The position numbers and the translations under genes are program-made. DNA of 62,925 bases, the filler included, from Thraustochytrium aureum (Eukaryota): NCBI GenBank assembly GCA_012862495.1. It is 6 parts of 3 records of this genome, joined end to end, with 100 filler letters (N's around TTAATTAATTAA, not from the genome) between each part and the next. Parts side by side here need not be neighbours in the genome. Positions count along the whole stretch, not along the records: positions 52,619 to 60,088 come from BLSG01000092.1; positions 60,189 to 61,614 come from BLSG01000097.1; positions 61,715 to 62,925 come from BLSG01000097.1; 3 more parts are not named here. One strand, given 5' to 3'. Shown in pieces: positions 54,692 to 62,925 of the stretch. How positions within the stretch are numbered: the stretch's first letter is position 1; each line of letters starts with the position of its first letter. The notes beneath the pieces were generated by a model, which saw only the letters and a list, made by a program, of their open reading frames with translations, was not told the origin of the DNA and ran no database searches.

Positions 54692-56917
54692 GGCGAAGGA
54701 GCCCGCATGCTCGCCGGGTGGGACGCGCAACGGAAGGCTAAACTCGGGCTTGAGCTCCGACTTTTGCTGGCGTGGGCCTCTCGCGCCGGCCTAGTGGAGG
54801 CAGCCGCACAAGCAGCGGGCGGGAACTCTGACGCGCTCGGGGCGATCGCCAGCACCGCAAGAGCGTTCGACCAGGCTTGCAGCGAGGAGGAGGAAAAGCG
54901 TAAGAGCGCCCGGCAAGCGCTCGTTCAGCAAAGCCGTGAAAGATTTTTGGCGCAGCAGAGAATGCAAGTGCTAGCAACCCTGCCTGCCCGCGACCCCTAC
55001 AAAGCAGCGTCCCAGTCGGCGCTCAAGCTGCGCGAAACAGACGCGACCAGCTTTCGCGGCACCAAGTCGTTGTACGGCGTTGGGCGATGCAGTGGTGGCA
55101 CCTTCGCCGACCCGGCCAGCGACAGGTACTTTCACCCACTGTTCAACAAGGCTCGTTCGCCGCGCTACAGCCCAACACTACCGCCAGGGTCGCAAGACGC
55201 GGCCCCCGTCGTCGCCTCGCTATTGCTTTCGCCCAAGCGAAAAGCCCGCCTGGATCGGCGCCCGGCGACGGCGGCGTGCCACAGGCTCCGCAACCCAACT
55301 AAGCAGGCTCAGAGCGACAGTCCCCGGCGACCCAACACTGCACGGTCTGCCCAGAGCCCGCGACCAGCGCGGCGGGGCGCGCCGGCGGAGGGCGGGGCAG
55401 AATCGGACAGCCTGCGGGCCCGCGTCCTCGACTGCTCGGGCAGAGGCGCGCACCTGGCGATAGCGCCGCTGGTCGCGCATGCCGAAGAACCAATTGCGAT
55501 CGGCGTGGTGGCCTTGTGCCGCGGTCTGGAGGAGGCCCGAGCGCCCCTTTTCGTTCCCATTCTCGACCCTGTTTCAGGCGACATGCGCGGCTGCGAGCTC
55601 TGCTTTGTGCGACACCCTGACACCGGTATGGCGCACGTGGAGTGGGTGAACGAGCACCCTCGTGCTGGGCGCCTCGTGCGGTTCCAGACGGTCGAGCCAG
55701 TTCCTGCTAACAAATGGGCGGATGTGCTGGTCACTCTCGGAGCCCTCAACAAGGGCTCAGTCCAAATCACATTGAACGGTCGCCGGTGCACCGTCGTGCC
55801 TCGAAGCGGTCTCATCAATGAGCGTCGCGATGCTGCGAAAAGCCCTGTGCAAACGGTCGATGGGCCCTCGCGTTCTGCGGAGATGCACGTATACCTCTCG
55901 CGAGTGGCAATTTGGCGCGGGCGCATGACGTCTGGCGAAGCGAAAGCCCCGATCAAGTTTTGCCTTTTCGCTGATTACCCGTTGTCGGAATCACTCAAGC
56001 AAGACGAGTTTGAAGACCGGTGCCGCGGCCACCCCAACGCTTTTGGGAAGCGGGGCGCACGGTTGACGCTGCGAACGGACCACCTAGCCCTCGCGGCGCG
56101 ACCTCGCGCTTTCGAAGAGCATCTCGCGGCCCTCTTCTCTCGGCCTGAGGCAACGCCGCGGCCCAACGCCGCGCCTCCTGCGACTGGCGCTGTGCCTCTG
56201 CAGCAGCGCGAGGCCAGGCGACAGATCGACTCGGCAATGGCTCTGGCGCTGCGCGGGCGTCTCGACCTTGCCATGCCAGCGGTCTGTGAGGCGATCGACG
56301 TGCTTGGGTCTTCCTGCGGGCACCAGGACGCGGTTGTGCAGGACCTTTTGAGGGAGGCCCTCCATCTGAAGAAGCGCATGCAGGTCGGCCTTGCGCACGA
56401 GGACGTTGGCCGAGACGAAGGCGGCGGCGCGGTGGTCCTCGCCGAGTTTGTCCGCACCCGGTGCAATGTTGATGCTGACGCGTACCGGCACTTTACGTTT
56501 TCTGTGACTTGGACGTGCGACATTCTCGTTGAGCTTGAGGTCGCTGGCGGCGATGCAGACCTCTATGTGGACATGGCCCCACCGCAAGTCTCGCAAGCTG
56601 CAGGTTCTTCAAGCCCTCCATCGCTCCCATTTCCCACGACGCTAAAGTACCGATGGGCAAGCGCAGGTGACGGAGCGGACGAGGTTCTCGTGCGCCCGAC
56701 GGACGAGGGGTTTTGCCTTGGCACACTTCTGGTCAGCGTGCACGGGGCCACTGCTGCAGAGGGATCCATCCGCATTACAACAAGTGCACCGCGCGCAGCC
56801 AGAGAGGAGGAGCGAGCGCGCGCAGTGGCGCTCAACACGATCGACTTGGACGTGAGCGAGCTGTGCAACGGCGAGCGGCATTGGTTTGCAAAGCTTGGCC
56901 GCCGTCACGCAGCATAG
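54692..56917 (+). CDS. Hypothetical protein with LamG/ConA-like and PPC-like beta domains (5' end in gap)
   Basis: More than 740 stop-free codons. VPANKWADVLVTL...VQITLNG...LSRVAIW is LamG-like; YRHFTFSV...GGDADLYV...SAGDGADEV is PPC-like. Confidence 0.6.
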   Translation, partial: GEGARMLAGWDAQRKAKLGLELRLLLAWASRAGLVEAAAQAAGGNSDALGAIASTARAFDQACSEEEEKRKSARQALVQQSRERFLAQQRMQVLATLPARDPYKAASQSALKLRETDATSFRGTKSLYGVGRCSGGTFADPASDRYFHPLFNKARSPRYSPTLPPGSQDAAPVVASLLLSPKRKARLDRRPATAACHRLRNPTKQAQSDSPRRPNTARSAQSPRPARRGAPAEGGAESDSLRARVLDCSGRGAHLAIAPLVAHAEEPIAIGVVALCRGLEEARAPLFVPILDPVSGDMRGCELCFVRHPDTGMAHVEWVNEHPRAGRLVRFQTVEPVPANKWADVLVTLGALNKGSVQITLNGRRCTVVPRSGLINERRDAAKSPVQTVDGPSRSAEMHVYLSRVAIWRGRMTSGEAKAPIKFCLFADYPLSESLKQDEFEDRCRGHPNAFGKRGARLTLRTDHLALAARPRAFEEHLAALFSRPEATPRPNAAPPATGAVPLQQREARRQIDSAMALALRGRLDLAMPAVCEAIDVLGSSCGHQDAVVQDLLREALHLKKRMQVGLAHEDVGRDEGGGAVVLAEFVRTRCNVDADAYRHFTFSVTWTCDILVELEVAGGDADLYVDMAPPQVSQAAGSSSPPSLPFPTTLKYRWASAGDGADEVLVRPTDEGFCLGTLLVSVHGATAAEGSIRITTSAPRAAREEERARAVALNTIDLDVSELCNGERHWFAKLGRRHAA

Positions 56918-57026
56918 CCTAGCTGACCGAGGCGAAACGCTTGCCGGCGTACCTGGCAGCTGGCGAAGCTCGCTCGCTCGCACCGCGGGCCGCAGCCCGA
57001 AAATCACTCGCGTAGTGCTCGCCGCG

Positions 57027-58141
57027 CTAGGAAACAGCTGCGGCGTCGCCCGCGAGGCGCGCGATCCGCGCGTCCATGTCCCGGTAGGAGTGGGTCCAGG
57101 GCGAGTCAGCGCTGCAGAAGGAGCCCCGATCGGGCCTAAGACCCCCGAAGCGCTCTGGGAGCTGGTGTGGCGCGATGTGTTCGCCGAGCGTCGCGCAGGA
57201 GCCGAGCACGAAGATCTTTTTTTTGGTGTCTGCCGGGAGCATGGGCGACACAGACTTGAAAAAGGCCCTGAAGAAAAAGCCTGCGTTGACGATAATGACC
57301 TTGTTGAGCCACTCGTAGTAAAACTCGCTGTCAATCTTGGACTGGGCAGCCATGATCTCCATGCAGACCGAGTGCGGGCCAAAGCCGTCCATGTCGAACA
57401 GCAAGGTGACCTTATCGGCGGTGCGCCCCGTGCGCTTGGAGACCGCAGCAAACTTGTACCGCAGGCAGTACTCCATGACCTGGATATGGTATTTGACGAT
57501 GTCCGCGACGGCGACCTGCTTGCGGAGTTCCCCGAGGTTCATACGGCCGCCAAGCATTATGTAGATTGGGAAGCCGTCATTGCAGATTCCGCAAAACCCG
57601 TCGAAAAGGTTGGCGCGAAGAAGTTGGAGCGTTGCCGGTGGCAAAGGGACGTCAAGCATCTCGTCGATTCGCTCGCTCGCGCGCCAAGCAAGCATGTTGT
57701 CCACCAGGACGCGCGTCTCAGCGACATCGAAGCGCCGCGCGATGAGGGCCCGCTCGGCCGCCCGCCGCACATCGCCGTCCACGATAATATGCTTGAGGCG
57801 CGCGCGAGTCGCCTCTGGCGCGCCCGGCCCAAAGTGCGACTCGAGCATGGCCTCAACGGCGCCGAGCTCTTTGGGCGAAAGCTCGCGCTGTGTGACAGTC
57901 CACCATGGCTCGCGCGCAGCATCGGCAACGTCCGGATCGACCCCAAACCCGCTTTCAGCCGACGCGCCGCCCGTCGGCGCAACTGTCCCTTTCACCCAGG
58001 ACGACAACATGGTGGCCCTCGCCGTGAGCGAGCCAACGAGGTCGGCGAGCGTGCCCACCCGCGGGAGCGCCGGCTCGCTCCTAAAGGCTTCCATCTTCCT
58101 TCTCGCCTCCTTGCTCCGCTCCTCCTCCCGCCTCGCCCTGT
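57027..58141 (-). CDS. CRAL-TRIO/Sec14 lipid-binding protein, paralogue A (5' end in gap)
   Basis: RALIARRFDVAET..LVDNMLAWR, GFPIYI, VTLLFDMDG, IIVNAGFFFRAFFKSVSPMLPADTKKKI and QLPERFGG. Confidence 0.88.
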
Positions 58142-58901
58142 NNNNNNNNNNNNNNNNNNNNNNNNNNNNNNNNNNNNNNNNNNNNNNNNNNNNNNNNNNN
58201 NNNNNNNNNNNNNNNNNNNNNNNNNNNNNNNNNNNNNNNNNNNNNNNNNNNNNNNNNNNNNNNNNNNNNNNNNNNNNNNNNNNNNNNNNNNNNNNNNNNN
58301 NNNNNNNNNNNNNNNNNNNNNNNNNNNNNNNNNNNNNNNNNNNNNNNNNNNNNNNNNNNNNNNNNNNNNNNNNNNNNNNNNNNNNNNNNNNNNNNNNNNN
58401 NNNNNNNNNNNNNNNNNNNNNNNNNNNNNNNNNNNNNNNNNNNNNNNNNNNNNNNNNNNNNNNNNNNNNNNNNNNNNNNNNNNNNNNNNNNNNNNNNNNN
58501 NNNNNNNNNNNNNNNNNNNNNNNNNNNNNNNNNNNNNNNNNNNNNNNNNNNNNNNNNNNNNNNNNNNNNNNNNNNNNNNNNNNNNNNNNNNNNNNNNNNN
58601 NNNNNNNNNNNNNNNNNNNNNNNNNNNNNNNNNNNNNNNNNNNNNNNNNNNNNNNNNNNNNNNNNNNNNNNNNNNNNNNNNNNNNNNNNNNNNNNNNNNN
58701 NNNNNNNNNNNNNNNNNNNNNNNNNNNNNNNNNNNNNNNNNNNNNNNNNNNNNNNNNNNNNNNNNNNNNNNNNNNNNNNNNNNNNNNNNNNNNNNNNNNN
58801 NNNNNNNNNNNNNNNNNNNNNNNNNNNNNNNNNNNNNNNNNNNNNNNNNNNNNNNNNNNNNNNNNNNNNNNNNNNNNNNNNNNNNNNNNNNNNNNNNNNN
58901 N

Positions 58902-59915
58902 AGAGGAGCGGCAGGTCAAGCGCGGCAGCGAGGGCGCGCCAGGCGACGAAACGCCGCGCTCGAAGCGCAGGACAAGCGGCGACGGCCCGCCGACGCCCGA
59001 GACGGACAGCGTTGCGCCGTGGTGGAGCTTTGAAGACGCGGCGCTCGACGACAAGCAGATAAAAGCGCTGGAGGCTTTGATGGCCTCGCATTTCGGGCCG
59101 GAGGCGCCAGAGCACGTGCAAGCCGGGCTGAGGCACGTCGTCGTGAACGGAGACCGGCGCGCCGCGGCGCTGCGCGCGCTCCGAGCGCGCCGCTTTGACG
59201 TAGAGGCCACTCGTAAACTGGTTGATGACATGCTCGCGTGGCGCGACGAGGGTGAGGTGGACACGATCCTGGCGCGGCCGCTGAGCGCCGAACGCTGGCC
59301 GCCATCCGCGGTTCGCTGTTCGACGGGTTTTTGGGGATCTGCTCGGAGGGGTTTCCGGTGTACATATTGCTCGGCGGTCGCATGGACCTCGCGAGGTGCA
59401 AGCGGCTCGTCGGGGTCGACACCATCTTGCAGTACCACGTCCAGGTAATGGAGTACCTGAACCGGGTCTACTACAAGAAGGTCAGCCAGACAGTCGGCCG
59501 CACCGTGAACAGGGTCACGCTGGTGCTGGACCTGTCGGGGTTTGGCGGCCACAACGTCAAGAGCGACTTTTGGGAGGTGATGCAAGCCCTCTCCAAGGTG
59601 GACAACCTCAACTACTACGAGTTTTTGCACAAGGTGCTCATCGTCAACGCGGGGCTCTTCTTCCGCGTGTTTTGGAAGACGGCCTCGCCCATGCTCGAGG
59701 CCGACACCAAGAAAAAGTTTTTCGTCCTCTCGCGGCTCTCGGAGCTGGAGGCGCATGTTCCCAAGCACCAGCTCCCCGCGCGCTTCGGCGGCACGGTGAG
59801 GGATAGGGGCAGCTTTTGCACGGCGGAGGAGCCCTGGACCAAGATGTACGAGCAGTTTGACGCCTACTGCGTCGCGGAGGCCGAGCGGGGTCCGCAGCAG
59901 CAGCCGCCGAACTGA
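58902..59915 (+). CDS. CRAL-TRIO/Sec14 lipid-binding protein, paralogue B (5' end in gap; frameshift at ~59291)
   Basis: RALRARRFDVEATRKLVDDMLAWR, GFPVYI, VTLVLDLSG, LIVNAGLFFRVFWKTASPMLEADTKKKF and QLPARFGG. Confidence 0.88.
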
Positions 59916-60132
59916 CAGCAGCAGAGGGAAGAGCTTGTAGTCTAGCTAGCAAGAGCAGCTTGGTTTGTACAGAGTCCCACCATCACGCTCTGGCGGTTGA
60001 CGCGCGGTTCTGGCTGATTCGCCCCAGTTCTGGCAGCGACCCTCGCTGGCTGGGACGCGCACAGGCAAGCCCTAACCTCGACTCTGGCNNNNNNNNNNNN
60101 NNNNNNNNNNNNNNNNNNNNNNNNNNNNNNNN

Positions 60133-60144
60133 TTAATTAATTAA
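60133..60144. other. Artificial contig linker TTAATTAATTAA
   Basis: Same 12-mer within N runs. Confidence 0.97.
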
Positions 60145-60257
60145 NNNNNNNNNNNNNNNNNNNNNNNNNNNNNNNNNNNNNNNNNNNNAGGGTCCGCCAC
60201 GTACACGATTCGCACGGGGCTCGGGGGCTACGCAGAGCTGCGTCGTTTTCGGCGGAA

Positions 60258-60734
60258 ATGGCGCCCAAGCATGACTCGAAGAAGGAGTCCGGGTCGCGCT
60301 GGTCCATCGAAGAGGTGAAGAATCTGTTCATGCGGCCCTTCAGCGGGTCCTCGAACAGGAATAGCGCGGACCGAGACAGCAACCTGTCGTTCGGCGGGCT
60401 GCGGTGGTCCCTGGAGGACATCAAGGACAAGTTTTTCAGGTCGTCCAAGGAGGTCGAGAAGGACGGCAAGAAGCCAAAGCGCAAGCAGCTGACGCCCGAG
60501 GAGCGCACCCAGCGCCGGCAGGAGCGCCTCGAGGCCCGCAAGGAGAAAAAGTCGAAGCGCGAGAAGGAGCGCCGCTCGAACGTGAACGGGCTCTTTGACC
60601 AGCTCGGCAGCATGCTCCAGGTCAAAGACAACAAGAAGGGTGCGCGCCTCAGCATCCTCAGCGCAGCCGTCGACAAGCTCAAGGGGCGCGGCGACGGCCC
60701 CGACACCATCGATGAGGAAGACGAGTACAAATAG
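60258..60734 (+). CDS. Small bHLH transcription factor-like protein
   Basis: KKSKREKERRSNVNGLFDQLGSML-loop-RLSILSAAVDKLK matches the bHLH E..RR..N..F..L / K..IL..A pattern. Confidence 0.75.
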   Translation: MAPKHDSKKESGSRWSIEEVKNLFMRPFSGSSNRNSADRDSNLSFGGLRWSLEDIKDKFFRSSKEVEKDGKKPKRKQLTPEERTQRRQERLEARKEKKSKREKERRSNVNGLFDQLGSMLQVKDNKKGARLSILSAAVDKLKGRGDGPDTIDEEDEYK

Positions 60735-60828
60735 GCGCGCCGCGCCGCCACAAGCGCACATCCGTCCTGAGCATACCGTTTTTATCAAATCTCTAACCTG
60801 ACCAAGCTATCTACTTTTTTGAAAGCGA

Positions 60829-61614
60829 TCACTGCCACCCTTCGCCGGCAGCGGCCTCGCCATCTCCCTCGCCGTCGATCACTCGACGCCGCTTTTCGAT
60901 TGCGGCAGCCAGCGAGTTGTACATTGCGCTACCCCCGAGCCCGGCGGGCTTTGGGGTCTCCGCGCTCCGGCTCGAGGCGGCGTGGCGCAGCTTGGACCGG
61001 TCGAATCCCGCGATGCCCTGGACGAGAGGGTTGCTTGGGGCAGGCTGCCGACCCTGGTCGGGTTTGCCTCTTTTCGAATCGCCGCTTGCACTTTCGTTGC
61101 GTCGCAGCTTGGATCGGTCGAAACCCGCGATGCCCTGGACGAGAGGGTTGCCTGCCGCGCGGTGCAGAGGCCGCTGCGCGTCCAGCTCGCCATTTCCCGA
61201 TTGCCGCCGTCCTCTGCGATGTTTTGCCGTGGCGCAGCTTGGACCGGTCGAACCCCACAATGCCCTGGACGAGCGGGTTGTCGTTGCGGCCAGAGCGTGC
61301 ATGCCGCGGCTGCTCCTCGGCGGGCTCTTCGCACGCTTCAGCGCGTTTCACCGTGCCTGGCTCGGGGCTGCTGTGCGCCGCCCGGTCCTGTGCCCGGTCT
61401 GGAACTGGGCGCGCCGAGGCTCTGCTTGCCTGCGCCAGCGCGGACGCGCTCGCCCGGCTGCTGGCCGACAGCCGGGCGCGCTCCTCGTACGGCCTAACGG
61501 CCTCGCTCAGCGCTCCTTCCACGTCGACGCCCAGGCGGGCGGCGAGGGCGGCCCTGCCCTCCACAGTGAGGAGGGTGTTGCCGTTCACGCTCAACTCTGT
61601 GCCTGCTACCTCGG
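60829..61614 (-). CDS. WASP-like actin regulator C-terminus: three WH2 motifs + central + acidic/Trp (VCA); 5' end at contig break; frameshift(s) at ~61190-61230
   Basis: NPLVQGI(V/A)GFDRSKLR occurs three times, followed by SLAAAIEKRRRVI and DGEGDGEAAAGEGWQ-stop. Confidence 0.75.
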
Positions 61615-61658
61615 NNNNNNNNNNNNNNNNNNNNNNNNNNNNNNNNNNNNNNNNNNNN

Positions 61659-61670
61659 TTAATTAATTAA
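61659..61670. other. Artificial contig linker TTAATTAATTAA
   Basis: Same 12-mer within N runs. Confidence 0.97.
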
Positions 61671-61714
61671 NNNNNNNNNNNNNNNNNNNNNNNNNNNNNN
61701 NNNNNNNNNNNNNN

Positions 61715-61775
61715 AGTAGGTCGTCGAGCCGATTCCGGCGTGCCCGGCGCCGCTCTTCTTCGGGTCCCAGGCCAT
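61715..61775 (-). CDS. Possible N-terminal fragment of a gene (MAWDPKKSGAGHAGIGSTTY...) cut by the contig end
   Basis: ATG at 61775 with an open frame into the gap, on the same strand as the WH2 gene across the linker. Confidence 0.3.
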
Positions 61776-62925
61776 GCTTTTCCTCGTCGTCAAGTCACGT
61801 GCCTCTCGCGAAGTGCTGCTCTTCTGCTGCTCGCTCGAGTTGCGTAGCGGGTCCAGCTGCCTCGCGGGACTGAGGGGGCGCTGGCGAACGAGCAGCGGAG
61901 GGACGGATGCGCGGAGGGGACTGGGGCCACTGGGCAAAGGAATGCGCCCTCGCTCGGTCCTCGCGCGGGCTCCCTGGCGGCTGGCAACTCGCTCTTCGCC
62001 TCCTCCTCTCCAGCGCCGAGCTAGCTGGCTACTCGAGAGCTTGTGAGCAAGCTGCTGCTGCTGTTTGTCGCAGCGCCGCTGAATCCAGACTCCGCGGGGC
62101 CTGGCTCTGGCGGCACGGCAGTCGAGAGCAAAGCAGGCGCGGCAGAGCAGAACAGCGCAGGCGCAGCAGAGCAGGCCGTCGCTCCCGCGCAACACGCAAG
62201 CAGGGCTGCAAACGCCACCCACTCGATCGCGCTGCGCCCACTGGGAGCGCCAGGCCGGCCTGCATTGCTCGCTCCGCTGCCCCTCCCGCGAGCGTCAATT
62301 CCCCCAACGAACAAAGCGAACCGATGCACGCCATCCCTCTTCTTCCCTCCTGCCCCCTGCCCCCTCCCCAGGGTCTTTTGTGTGGCAAAACCACCATTCA
62401 ACAAACAAAAGAAAGCAAAACCAAACCATCCAATCAATCGAGGCCCTTTTGGTTGTGCCAGAGGGTGTTGTTGTTCTGGTAGCCAGAGTACACGCTTCTC
62501 TTGAGGCGAAGCGAGTGCTCCTCAGGCTCTGCCAGTGCTGCGCTGCTGGTCCTCACTCCACATGGCCGAGATTTTGTCTGGTTGAAGTCGTTTCTCTCTA
62601 TTCTCTGCCAGTGGTCTGGCCCTGGAGATAGGTAGTGGTTTGTTGGGTTTGTTGTTGTTTTGTTGTTGTTTTTTCTGGTTTTTTGGGTTTTTTTCGGTTG
62701 ATGATTTATTTGGGGGCTTGGAGATGCAGGAGACGGGCAGGTTGAAGTTGCTTGTTGCGCAGGCGGGCGGGCGGGCGGGCTGGCTGGGCTGTTGGCGCAA
62801 CTGGCCAAGCCGCGGCGGTGCTCAGGCGTAGTGCCTGCCTCGGGCGCTGGGCGCGGGCGCTGGGGCCTTCTCCGACGCCCGTCCACCGGGCGGACGCGCT
62901 GGCAGGGCTGAAGCAACAACGGGCT

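Noticed and set aside
1620..59291. Frameshifts in about a dozen genes, as pseudogenisation or programmed frameshifting
   Set aside because: Those I could localise are single-base indels in short homopolymers (e.g. 1621, 2040, 13253, 29346, 32921, 33806, 40800, 59291), the catalytic motifs are intact, and there is no shared slippery motif. Sequencing error is the best explanation.
17376..61614. A cytoskeletal gene cluster (TTLs, RCC1-CaaX, coronin, WH2-CA)
   Set aside because: The genes are interspersed with unrelated ones and separated by artificial contig joins, so there is no evidence of functional clustering.
11932..61670. TTAATTAATTAA occurring five times, as a biological repeat or insertion site
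   Set aside because: It is always centred in fixed-length N runs and gives stops in all six frames, so it is an assembly linker. Gene adjacency across these points is also unreliable.

Overview
This is a GC-rich, gene-dense, intron-poor eukaryotic (protist-like) draft genome segment. The style resembles a stramenopile such as a labyrinthulomycete, but that is inference only. The window is a pseudomolecule: contigs are joined by artificial N-TTAATTAATTAA-N six-frame-stop linkers, there are many N gaps, and many genes carry 1-bp homopolymer frameshifts that look like sequencing errors. About 30 protein genes or fragments are supported. They include a GH5 endoglycoceramidase, a C2H2+TPR protein, mitoribosomal mL59, a SAM methyltransferase, a PstS-like membrane protein, MsrB, two TTL-family ligases, an L/F-transferase homologue, SPT4, an ABC1 kinase, an RCC1-CaaX protein, POLE3/DPB4, an S8 protease, a SET protein, a GHMP kinase, a RINGv ligase, coronin, a GLRX3-type glutaredoxin, two Sec14 paralogues, a bHLH protein and a WH2x3-CA protein. 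Four signals stand out. (1) A selenoprotein MsrB missed by the ORF track: its in-frame UGA is at the catalytic position and a well-formed form-II SECIS lies about 250 nt downstream of the true stop. (2) An array of eight degenerate 11-bp palindromes with about 21-bp phasing in a divergent intergenic region. (3) A signal peptide + PstS-like binding domain fused to an XK-like multipass membrane domain. (4) A WASP-like triple-WH2/CA actin nucleation module. No rRNA, tRNA or CRISPR array was recognised.
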